Shown: one piece after another, positions 29,822 to 37,679 of the stretch
Numbering within the stretch: the stretch's first letter is position 1
Layout of the letters: each line of letters begins with the position of its first letter
Origin: an uncultured Verrucomicrobiota bacterium
Lineage (GTDB): Bacteria > Verrucomicrobiota > CALLYA01
Direction: 5' to 3'
DNA: 41,857 nt
Assembly (NCBI GenBank): GCA_937875495.1
Contig: CALLYA010000069.1
Span: 1 to 41,857 of the forward strand
Translations under genes and position numbers: made by a program
Notes under the pieces: generated by a model
Told to the model about the DNA's origin: nothing
Seen by the model: the letters and a program-made list of their open reading frames with translations, nothing else
Databases searched by the model: none

Positions 29822-31216
29822 TCAATGTGGGAGTCTCACGATAGACGCGATCAATGTCTGATCACAATCGAAGAATTTGGACTCCAATCCATTGCTGGAG
29901 GAATCGTGTAGCGCCATTTCCTCGAGGTAATAGAGCGTCGGCCCGACGATGTGCAGGTTATTGAGGAACGGCTGGGTGTAGTTGACGTCGCCGTAGGTGG
30001 CGCCATCGACATGAATGGGCGCCTTGGAGCCGTCGGGCAGCTCGCGCCAGACGCCGTTGTGGTTGTTCCAGTCGACCCCTTCGGTCAGGAATCCGAACGG
30101 TCCGTGGTGATGTTTGGCGGCGGCCCTGAGAATGGTGAGGCCGTGGCGTTCCCAGACCGGGTTCTGTTTTGCGTTTGCCGCTTCGAGATAGGCCCAAGCG
30201 GCCTCCGCGTTTTCCCAGAGGTAGCAGGTATCCCAGGAGTCCTCCATGTAGAGCAGTCCGTGGGTGGCCACGCCGTTACGGTCCTCATGAATCTGGAACC
30301 GGGCCAGAGGCTCGAGGCAGAGATCATAGGCTGCCTGATTCCATTCGGGTTGGTCGAGCCATTCTGCGAGCCGGATCAGGGCGCGAAAGGCGGAGGAATA
30401 GGCGACATTTTCCTGGGGGTCATAGGTGTCATGATTGATGGAACCGAAGCGTCCGCCCGGAGCGAGGAATGCCTCGACCAGGGCCCGAGCCTCCTGTGAG
30501 AAATCGCCCATTCCGCGGTGGGTCAGGTCGCCGAAAAGCCAAGGGACGAAGATGCCATCGCCACTGTTATTGAAGAGGATGTCCTCGTCTTTCCCCCATG
30601 CGTTGAAGGGAAAGGCTCGTCCGTCCGGGTAACTCCTGCGTGGTATCCAGCCGTCCTCGGTACGTTCGACCTTATCACGGATCCATTGGGCGAAGGTGAT
30701 CGGCAGCTGTGCGGCGACGGCCAAGGCTTCACCGCTCAGCAGGTCCAGGGCGATGGCTTCGAGCAGTTGGAGATGGATCTTGGCCATGGATCCGATGCAG
30801 AGCCACTGGTCGTGATCCGGGTTATGCATGTAGTTCCAGTAGTAGCGATCTTCGTCCCAGGTACGGTAGCCGTGGACGAGGCCGGTCTGCCGGTCGAAAA
30901 AGGCCTCTTGAATGCAGTGCCGGGCAATCGAACGCGCCTGTTCCAGCATCCGCGCATTGCCAGTGAAGAGGGCCATGCGTGCCAGATGCACGGCGCCACC
31001 GACGGCGTTGGCGGCCCAACCGGGACCTTCTACGCTCCCGAACTCGTGCCAGAGCGCCGGGGTGCCGAACGGGTCGATGAAGGTGCTGGTGGCGCAGAGC
31101 TCACCCCGGAGGTATCTCAGGCACCGAGTCGTCGTGAAGCGTGCGGAATCGCAGGCACTGTCCCAGATGCTGTAGGTGGGATTGGGCGGGATATGGAAGG
31201 GGTGGGTCGAGTCCAT
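29822..31216 (-). CDS. Hypothetical protein, possibly (alpha/alpha)-barrel glycosidase/epimerase-like
   Basis: Long ORF co-oriented with its neighbours, rich in W/Y/H/E/D. Both the fold and the start (MDSTH) are inferred. Confidence 0.7.
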   Translation of the reverse strand: MDSTHPFHIPPNPTYSIWDSACDSARFTTTRCLRYLRGELCATSTFIDPFGTPALWHEFGSVEGPGWAANAVGGAVHLARMALFTGNARMLEQARSIARHCIQEAFFDRQTGLVHGYRTWDEDRYYWNYMHNPDHDQWLCIGSMAKIHLQLLEAIALDLLSGEALAVAAQLPITFAQWIRDKVERTEDGWIPRRSYPDGRAFPFNAWGKDEDILFNNSGDGIFVPWLFGDLTHRGMGDFSQEARALVEAFLAPGGRFGSINHDTYDPQENVAYSSAFRALIRLAEWLDQPEWNQAAYDLCLEPLARFQIHEDRNGVATHGLLYMEDSWDTCYLWENAEAAWAYLEAANAKQNPVWERHGLTILRAAAKHHHGPFGFLTEGVDWNNHNGVWRELPDGSKAPIHVDGATYGDVNYTQPFLNNLHIVGPTLYYLEEMALHDSSSNGLESKFFDCDQTLIASIVRLPH

Positions 31217-31333
31217 GGCGGGGCGTGACCAATGAGCTGCGGTTGGTGGCAGGTTTTGCGGAGGCGTTTGGGGGGACTTGAACAAATCCTTGTCAGGTTC
31301 TTTGTAGCCTGCAAGGGCGCGTGACTGCAATCA

Positions 31334-31966
31334 TTATGCGTCGGGGAACAGGGCCAGTAATTCGGAGGGGAGCTCCACGAATTGGTCCGGTTGCAGGGCG
31401 CGCAGCACACGCTCCGAATTGTATCCCCAGCCGACGGCAATGATCGGGATCTTCGCCCGTTGTGCCGCCTCGATGTCACGCGTTTCGTCGCCGATGTACA
31501 CCATCTCGGCGGGCAGAATCCGCTCCTGTTTCAGGATCTGCTTGAGCCCATGATGCTTGCCCCAAATCAGGCTGCTCGAATGGATGAAGTCGAAGGCATG
31601 GATCTCGTGATGGGCGAGGAATCGGCGCACGTTCTCCTCGGAGTTCGTGGTCAGGATGCCCATCCTGTAACCGCGCTGATGGAGGGTGCCGAGCACCTCT
31701 TGAAGACCGGGAATCGACTCGACCTCGGTGATTTCATTGCGCATCTCGTTCCGGGCCTTGGCGAGGATCAGGGGGAGCTTGGTGAACGGGACGCGCATGA
31801 AATGGAGAAGTTCGAACAGGCTCTTGTCCCGAAGGGTTTGGACTTCAGTCGGATCCAGGCGGCGGTATCCGAATTCGCCGGCCAGGCGATTACTGATCTT
31901 CAGGGACTGCGCGATGGTGTTTGCGATGGTCCCATCGAAATCAAACAGTATAAGTCGTTTATCCAT
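31334..31966 (-). CDS. HAD-superfamily phosphatase (phosphoglycolate phosphatase-like)
   Basis: FDFDGT, ILTTN, K, YIGDETRDIEAA, V.WGY; AAGGA upstream of ATG 31966. Confidence 0.9.
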   Translation of the reverse strand: MDKRLILFDFDGTIANTIAQSLKISNRLAGEFGYRRLDPTEVQTLRDKSLFELLHFMRVPFTKLPLILAKARNEMRNEITEVESIPGLQEVLGTLHQRGYRMGILTTNSEENVRRFLAHHEIHAFDFIHSSSLIWGKHHGLKQILKQERILPAEMVYIGDETRDIEAAQRAKIPIIAVGWGYNSERVLRALQPDQFVELPSELLALFPDA

Positions 31967-32055
31967 CAGGGCGTAGTCCTTGAAGGGCGAATGAACGTCC
32001 TCGGAGTATCGAGGATAAGCGGCAGGGGTACAAGTCCCGGCAGGAAATCCGAGCA

Positions 32056-32208
32056 TTACGTGGCACGACTCCGCGTGCCACGGCGCAGGGGCTGCGGCCC
32101 CCGCGCGAGGTCGGAGGTCGGCGCTTCGCTTACGTGGCACGACTCCGCGTGCCACGGCGCAGGGGCTGCGGCCCCCGCGCGAGGTCGGAGGTCGGAGGTC
32201 GGAGGTCA
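32056..32208 (+). repeat. Two direct copies (period 74 bp) of a REP-like double hairpin, each followed by GAGGTCG units (x2, then x4)
   Basis: 66 bp identical at 32056-32121 and 32130-32195; stems CGTGGCACG/CGTGCCACG and GCGCAGGGGC/GCCCCCGCGC. Confidence 0.92.
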
Positions 32209-32400
32209 GCCCCGGAGCGCTTCGCGCGAGTGACTGGGCTTTGCCTTGCTTTGACCTTTTGCCGCAGTTTCGCAGGGAATCCCCAGCGGGCCTCTTCCCC
32301 AAGCGCCTTCGGCGGTGGTAGCCAGACCGTCTCGGTCTGGTGAGCTTGATAAATCGGGGTCGGGGTCGGTATCGGAATCGGAATCGGAATCGGAATCGAG

Positions 32401-32513
32401 TTAATCGAGTTAATCGAGGGAATCGAGTTAATCGAGGGAATCGAGTTAATCGAGGGAATCGGGGGGATCGAGGGAATCGGGGGGATCGAGGGAAATCGGG
32501 GGAATCGGGGGGG
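32401..32513. repeat. Compound 9-mer array TTAATCGAG / GGAATCGAG / GGAATCGGG / GGGATCGAG
   Basis: About 12 units read directly, in the order A A B A B A C D C D C' C. Confidence 0.92.
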
Positions 32514-32519
32514 ATTCTG

Positions 32520-32627
32520 TTCTGACGGGCAACTTGCCTTCATCCTCCGCTCCAGTCTTGTTACCGAGTTTGGTCAGTTTCGCAACCCTGCGGTTGCGGT
32601 ACCCGGTTTGCCGTGTCCGAATCCCAT
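32520..32627 (-). pseudogene. Internally deleted, frameshifted remnant of a four-helix-bundle (23S rRNA IVP family) gene
   Basis: AAGGA + ATG 32627 gives MGFGHGKP; after a frameshift, YR then NRRVAKLTKLG. These resemble the N-terminus (M.FGHEKLDVYR) and C-terminus (DRIVAMLTKLG) of this family as I recall them; not verified by search. Confidence 0.6.
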
Positions 32628-32712
32628 CCCGCGTCCTTCGATACCGATTCGGAATAGCGACCCCGACCCCGAGTTTGCTTCGCCATTGACCTTTTGGGAC
32701 GTGCTCCAACTC

Positions 32713-32789
32713 CACCCACAACCTCTGCGATCTCTGCGCCCTCTGCGATCCCTGCGGGAGTCCTCCCCTCATCAGCCAGCTCAACGTCC
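32713..32789 (-). repeat. Leader motif copy C (32762-32789) plus four 9-bp CGCAGAG-type units; homolog of 19865-19930
   Basis: Both flanks (TGAGGGGAGGACTC and CGCAGAGGTTGTGGGTG) are shared with copy B. Confidence 0.88.
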
Positions 32790-32837
32790 TCAGACTTCCG
32801 GCCGGCCGGACTTCCCTCTTCTCTCCTGCGACAGGGA

Positions 32838-32846
32838 TGGTATAAA
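32838..32846 (+). promoter_or_regulatory. Candidate extended -10 element TGGTATAAA upstream of the ThuA gene
   Basis: Near match to TGnTATAAT about 80 bp upstream of an AGGAGG-preceded GTG start. Confidence 0.35.
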
Positions 32847-32921
32847 GGGCTGACGTGCTGCGGGGACGAAGCGGTTCCGGCGGCGGATTCTCTACTGATT
32901 CTGTATCCCAAGGAGGTCCCT

Positions 32922-34331
32922 GTGAGATTGGCTCTATTGATGTTTGCCACGGTTTTCGCCTTTGGATGGATCCCTCTGGGGGCCGCAGAAGAGGCGGACC
33001 TGCCCAAGGTGCTCTACATCACGACCACGGCTGGGTTTCACCATTCGGCTTGTGAATACTCGGTCCCGGTGATTCAGAAGCTGGCGAAACAGAGTGGGTT
33101 GTTCGAGGTCGTCTGCTCCGACAAGACCGATTTGATCAATGCGGAGGACCTGAAACGGTTCGATGCGGTCTGCTTCTCCAACACGACCGGGGACCTGGGC
33201 CAGTTCCCGCTATCGGAGGCCGATCGCGAGGCCTTGATCGAGGCGGTTCGCGGCGGCACCGCGTTCATTGGGATCCATGCGGCGACCGATACCTACAAGG
33301 ACTGGGCGCCGTATTACGAGATGCTCGGTGGCTCATTCATCGCGCATCCGTGGCACGAGGAGGTCAAGATCGTGATCGAAGACCCCTCGCATCCGGCGGC
33401 GCAGAACGCCCCATCGCCCTGGCTGATCAAGGACGAGATATACACCTTCAAGAACTACTCCCGTTCGGACCTCCATGTGATCATGAGTCTGAGCAGTGAC
33501 TCCTTCAAGGGTAAGGGCAATCGGGAAGACAACGACTACGCGTTGGCCTGGAGCAGGATGTATGGGAAGGGGCGGGTTTTTTACACCGGTCTGGGGCATG
33601 ACCACGAAGTTTGGGATGCGCCGGCGTTTCAGAAGCATCTGCTCGGAGGGATCGCGTGGGCGCTCGGCGAGGCGGAGGCCACGCTCACGCCCGGGCATGA
33701 GCGGATGGAGGCTGGGTTTGACGTGCTCTTTGATGGCGAGAGCCTGAATTGGGGGGAGGACTTCGAGGTGTCCGGCGGGCCTGAATACCGCAGTCATTGG
33801 ACGGTCCAGCCGGGCGGTGTGTTTCAGGGCTTTTCGGAGAAGGACAGCAGTCATCTCTTTTACATCAAGCGGCCGTATCGCAACTTCGAGGCGCACTCGG
33901 AGATCATGATCAGCGCCACGGGCAACAGCGGTTGGTACTACCGGTGTCCGAAGGCGCGCAACTACGACGCTGCCAACGGGATCTACCGCAACTGGCCGGC
34001 CGGATTCGAGGCGCAGATCAACAACGGCAGCGGGGATCCGAAGCGCAGCGGGACGTTCTATCCGGAGCCGACGTTATGGGATGCGGACATCCAGCGGGTG
34101 CTCGGGTTTGACCATGAAAAGGACGATCCGGATTTCTGGTTCAAGATGTCGATCATCGCGGTGGGCGACCACATGGTGATCAAGCTGAACGACCAGGTGG
34201 TGGTGGATCATTTCGTGGGCGAGCGGGAGAAGTTTTACGAGGGGCTCTTCGCCTTTCAGAACCACCACCCGGGGACGGTGGTGAAATTCCGCAACATGGT
34301 GGTCCGACCGCTTGCGGACGATTTGAAATAG
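32922..34331 (+). CDS. Secreted ThuA-like domain + DUF1080 (3-keto-disaccharide hydrolase-like) fusion
   Basis: AGGAGG + GTG start and signal peptide; ThuA GFHH, GIHAA, DEIY, GRVFYTGLGH; DUF1080 LFDG, GNSG, FEAQI, FQNH...V.FRN. Confidence 0.85.
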   Translation: MRLALLMFATVFAFGWIPLGAAEEADLPKVLYITTTAGFHHSACEYSVPVIQKLAKQSGLFEVVCSDKTDLINAEDLKRFDAVCFSNTTGDLGQFPLSEADREALIEAVRGGTAFIGIHAATDTYKDWAPYYEMLGGSFIAHPWHEEVKIVIEDPSHPAAQNAPSPWLIKDEIYTFKNYSRSDLHVIMSLSSDSFKGKGNREDNDYALAWSRMYGKGRVFYTGLGHDHEVWDAPAFQKHLLGGIAWALGEAEATLTPGHERMEAGFDVLFDGESLNWGEDFEVSGGPEYRSHWTVQPGGVFQGFSEKDSSHLFYIKRPYRNFEAHSEIMISATGNSGWYYRCPKARNYDAANGIYRNWPAGFEAQINNGSGDPKRSGTFYPEPTLWDADIQRVLGFDHEKDDPDFWFKMSIIAVGDHMVIKLNDQVVVDHFVGEREKFYEGLFAFQNHHPGTVVKFRNMVVRPLADDLK

Positions 34332-34343
34332 TCTGCTGCGACG

Positions 34344-34424
34344 GGACGGATCGGACGGATCGGACGGATCGGACGGATTGGACGGATTGGACGGATTGGA
34401 CGGATCTGACGGATCTGACGGATC
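34344..34424. repeat. Tandem array of nine 9-mers (G/T)GACGGAT(C/T) between convergent genes
   Basis: GGACGGATC x3, GGACGGATT x3, GGACGGATC, TGACGGATC x2. Confidence 0.95.
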
Positions 34425-34482
34425 GGCAATCATTTCCTGGGGGCGACGCCTGAAGGAGCGCGCCTTTTCGGGCGGGCTGTGG

Positions 34483-35040
34483 CTACGAGGCTTGGTCTGA
34501 AAGGGCGCGCAGCGCCTTCGCGCATGCCTCGTCGAAGCGTGTCTCGAGTGCGGGGTTGCTCCCACGAATGGCGGCGATCACGCTGCGTGCCCAATCGACG
34601 TACGCCCGCTGTCGCTCCGTGGACCATTGCAGGGGCGGGGAGTGGCCAATATCGCTCACGTTGGCGATCTTGTCTGCCAGCTTGATGAGGCGCGCTTGTG
34701 GGGAGAGCGTTGCTGCGTGTTCGATTTGGAGCTCTTTGCGCTTTTGTTTGGGCAGGGATTTGTCGTCGGTGACCTCGAGCACGAGTCGGAGGACGTCTGC
34801 TCCGAAACCGGCTTCGATCTCGGCGGGTTGGGTATCGGTATCTTCGAGGACATCGTGCAGGAGGGCGGCCTGGAGGGTGGCGACGTCTTCGACTCCGCCG
34901 CATTCGGACAAGAGGAGCGCGACGGTGAGCGGATGGTTGATGTAGGGTGTTGCGGCGACATCCTTGCGCCGTTGATTGCGATGTTTGTGCGCGGCGAACG
35001 CGGCGGCGTGGAGGATCGCGTGGGTGTGTGGCAGGGGCAT
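34483..35040 (-). CDS. Mesh1-like HD-domain small alarmone hydrolase
   Basis: AA..H..QRRK, PYINHP..VA, ALLHDVLEDT, VTDDKSLPK..RK, IKLADKIAN. Confidence 0.9.
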   Translation of the reverse strand: MPLPHTHAILHAAAFAAHKHRNQRRKDVAATPYINHPLTVALLLSECGGVEDVATLQAALLHDVLEDTDTQPAEIEAGFGADVLRLVLEVTDDKSLPKQKRKELQIEHAATLSPQARLIKLADKIANVSDIGHSPPLQWSTERQRAYVDWARSVIAAIRGSNPALETRFDEACAKALRALSDQAS

Positions 35041-35072
35041 GGGGTGGTTGTCCGGTCTGGCGTGTGGCGGTT

Positions 35073-36056
35073 TTAGTCGCAGGCGGCCTCGCCCATGCCG
35101 AGCATGAACTGGGCGATGCGGTCGAGGAACCCGGGCAGCGCCTCGTGAGCAAAATCGGGATAGATGACGAGCTGCTTGGGTGCGGTGAGCTTGTTGTAGG
35201 CGGCGAATTGTGAGCTGGGCGGGCAGGTCTGATCCATCATGCCGACAGCCATCAGGACCTCGCCGCGGATCCGTGGGGCGAGGAATTGAACATCGATATA
35301 GCCGAGGCTTGTGAACCAGAGTGATGCCTGGGCATGGGTTGGATCGTGGAGCCGGAAGAACTCTGTCAGTTCGCCATAGGCATCCTTGGCCAGGTCCATC
35401 TCCCAGACGCGTTGGTAATCGCAGAGGAAGGGGAATGCGGGGGCGACGCGGCGGATCCGCGGTTCGAGGGCTGCGCATGCCAGGCTCAGGGCGCCACCCT
35501 GCGAGCCACCGCCGGCACCGACGCGATCGGTGTCGATCTCCGGCATCTGCATGACGATGTGTGCGAGCTGTGCCGTATCCAGGAAGACATTGCGGAAGTA
35601 GAGCTTATCGGGATCGTCCTGGATTCCGCGGATGATATGCCCGCTGCGGGTGGTCCCTTTGACCTGGAGGTTGTCCTCGCTGAGGCCGCCTTGGCCGCGG
35701 CAATCGAGCGCTGCGACGGCGAAGCCCATGGCGACCCAGCCGAGGAGTGAGAGCCAATCGCCGGAGTTGCCGGTGTACCCATGAAACCAGAGAAGGGCGG
35801 GGCATGGATGATCGGGGGAGCAGCCCTTGGGGCGTGCGAATTTGGCGTGCACGCGGGCGCCGCCGGTGCCGGTAAAGAAGAGGTGCATGCAGTCGGCGCC
35901 GGGTGCCTGAAAAGCGGCCGGAACGATCTCGGGCGGGGCTTCGGTCGATTGCAATTCCCTCAGGGCGCGCTCCCAATAGGCATCGAAATCGGCCGGCCTC
36001 GGGTTTCGGCCGTTGTATTGCTTCAGCTGATCGAGCGGAAGGTCCAGGGTCGCCAT
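35073..36056 (-). CDS. Acetylxylan esterase / cephalosporin-C deacetylase (CE7, AXE1)
   Basis: P.DFDAYW, FHGY, D.RGQ, G.SQGG, D..CPPS.QFAAYN, HE. Confidence 0.92.
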   Translation of the reverse strand: MATLDLPLDQLKQYNGRNPRPADFDAYWERALRELQSTEAPPEIVPAAFQAPGADCMHLFFTGTGGARVHAKFARPKGCSPDHPCPALLWFHGYTGNSGDWLSLLGWVAMGFAVAALDCRGQGGLSEDNLQVKGTTRSGHIIRGIQDDPDKLYFRNVFLDTAQLAHIVMQMPEIDTDRVGAGGGSQGGALSLACAALEPRIRRVAPAFPFLCDYQRVWEMDLAKDAYGELTEFFRLHDPTHAQASLWFTSLGYIDVQFLAPRIRGEVLMAVGMMDQTCPPSSQFAAYNKLTAPKQLVIYPDFAHEALPGFLDRIAQFMLGMGEAACD

Positions 36057-36092
36057 AGAAAAGCTCCTTACCCGGCGGGCACCGTTGGTTTG

Positions 36093-37184
36093 TCAGGGGC
36101 GGCCGGAGAGGGAATTGAGGAGGAGTTTCAGGATTTTGTTTTCGGCCTCTCGGCCTTGAATGCGCGTGTCGTTCCAGCATAGGACGATTTGGAGATCTGG
36201 CAAGACGACGAGGGCGCGCTGGCCGCCATGGCCGAAAGCGCCGTAGGCATTGATCGGCGCGTCGGGCCAGTGCCGGTTTCCCTCCCGGTCAATGCCATTG
36301 GTCCACCAGAGCCAGCTGTAGGATCCCATATGATCGGTCTGATTGTCGGGGATGGCTCTGGAGCCCATCGTGCGTTGGTCGGGCAGCATCGCCGCCGGTT
36401 CGATTCCCGCGCGGGGGAAGTCGCCGGGGAGTGGTGAGCTGACGGCCATGCGCGCGTGTTCTTTTGAGATGATCCGGTGGCCGTTCCATTCACCTTCATG
36501 TAGAAAGAGAAGGCCGAAGCGTGCGAGGTCACGAACGGAGATGGCGATCCGGCCGGGGCGGTCGTTCGGACCGAACGCGAGCATGGTGGGGTTGTCCTCG
36601 CACTGAATGCGATCGGTCAGGCCAGGGTGGAAGAGATCGTGGTCGAGGTTGGCGTGGTTTGATTGGTAGGCCTTGAGGAAGAGGGTGTCGAAGAAGAGCG
36701 CCATCTGCCAGTCGTTGTAGGCGAAGGCTTCGCCGGGGGCCTCTCGCATTCCGTAACCCGTGGTCTGATAGGCCGCCTGGCGCCAGGTCATCCGGCGGTC
36801 CGGGTGGCCGAGCTCTGGATTGAGAAGGTTGAGGCGTGGTTCCCAGGCGGCCATGCGATCGTCGAATCCGCCGATCTTGCCCTCTTCGACTGCCTTGATG
36901 AGGAAGAACGAGTAGAACGGTTTCGCGGCGGAGGCGAGATCGATGCGTTTGGATGGATCACCCCAATGGAAGACCTGAACGCCGTCGCGCACCAGGAATC
37001 CGTGGCCGCCGGCGGTATCGGCGAGCATCCGAAGGGTGTCGAGGTTCAGACCTGCTTCCGTGGGCGAGCGCTGGATCCAGTGCTCGCCCGGAAAGACCGC
37101 GTCCGCGGCTGAACCGGCCGTCCAGGCAAGGCAGAGTGCTGCGGAGATGATGCAAAGGCGGGTATGGAGACGAGTCGAATTCAT
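36093..37184 (-). CDS. Secreted serine hydrolase, beta-lactamase/AmpC-like fold
   Basis: Signal peptide, S-x-x-K (SAAK), PG.AFAY, RDLARFG.L.L..G.W.G, Y..LWW, A.GHGG. Start moved to MNSTR with GGAG upstream. Confidence 0.85.
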   Translation of the reverse strand: MNSTRLHTRLCIISAALCLAWTAGSAADAVFPGEHWIQRSPTEAGLNLDTLRMLADTAGGHGFLVRDGVQVFHWGDPSKRIDLASAAKPFYSFFLIKAVEEGKIGGFDDRMAAWEPRLNLLNPELGHPDRRMTWRQAAYQTTGYGMREAPGEAFAYNDWQMALFFDTLFLKAYQSNHANLDHDLFHPGLTDRIQCEDNPTMLAFGPNDRPGRIAISVRDLARFGLLFLHEGEWNGHRIISKEHARMAVSSPLPGDFPRAGIEPAAMLPDQRTMGSRAIPDNQTDHMGSYSWLWWTNGIDREGNRHWPDAPINAYGAFGHGGQRALVVLPDLQIVLCWNDTRIQGREAENKILKLLLNSLSGRP

Positions 37185-37207
37185 GATGACTCCAGGGAGG
37201 TCGGGCG

Positions 37208-37273
37208 GAAGCCTGAGGAAGAGAGGTGGGTGGCCCCAGTGGCCCCAGTGGACCCAGTGGACTGAAGCCTGAG
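37208..37273. repeat. GTGG(C/A)CCCA x3 + GTGGAC array (37230-37262) bracketed by the 10-bp direct repeat GAAGCCTGAG
   Basis: Direct repeats at 37208-37217 and 37264-37273, read directly. Confidence 0.8.
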
Positions 37274-37679
37274 TGTAAAGATGCGGTTCGGGACAATCCA
37301 TCTGAAAACGATTGAAGGGTTGAGGCTGGGCAATCACCAGAGCCCGTCCGAAAAGGCGATTGGAACCGAGCTGCTGCGAGTCGCCTGTGCCCTCGTGTTG
37401 GCCTCCGTCCTCCTCCTATCTCGTACTCGCTCTCCCAACCTCTCGTGTCTCGCCCCGTTCGCATCCTCGTGTACGGGAACGTGTCCGTTTCCCAGCCCAA
37501 CAGCGCATTGACCCCACCCATCCTCATGGCCAAGTCGACAACGCCACCGCGCCCTCTGCGGGAGGCTCGCATTGCATCGATCCCGATTCCCCTCATTTTT
37601 TCTGGATTGCGTCATAGCGAATGGCTTGGCATGGTGGGCGGGATTTCTGGATACCAATTCAAACGTTGGGAAATGGGAT

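Larger units (their letters stand above)
32351..32676 (-). mobile_element. Degenerate cassette bounded by ~38-bp imperfect inverted repeats built from hexamers (GTCGGG/ATCGGA)
   Basis: The left arm from 32351 (AAATCGGGGTCGGGGTCGGTATCGGAATCGGAATCG) matches the reverse complement of 32638-32676. Mobility is inferred. Confidence 0.5.

Noticed and set aside
32056-32520. CRISPR array
   Set aside because: Units are contiguous 6-9-mers or a two-copy duplication, with no unique spacers of regular length and no cas genes.
32130-32543. Low-complexity ORFs (SIPSIN, IPIPIP, RNRNR) and the long N-extension of the HAD ORF
   Set aside because: Read-through of DNA repeats with no family motifs.
34074-34565. 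ORF with SDPSDPSNP repeats
   Set aside because: Translation of the 9-mer array; it overlaps two real genes.
35041-35478. N-terminal 145 aa of the 331-aa HD ORF
   Set aside because: Overlaps the CE7 esterase in another frame; HD homology begins at ATG 35040.
37185-37337. N-terminal extension of the serine hydrolase (HWVHWGHWGH)
   Set aside because: Translation of the GTGGCCCCA array; a signal peptide and RBS fit ATG 37184.
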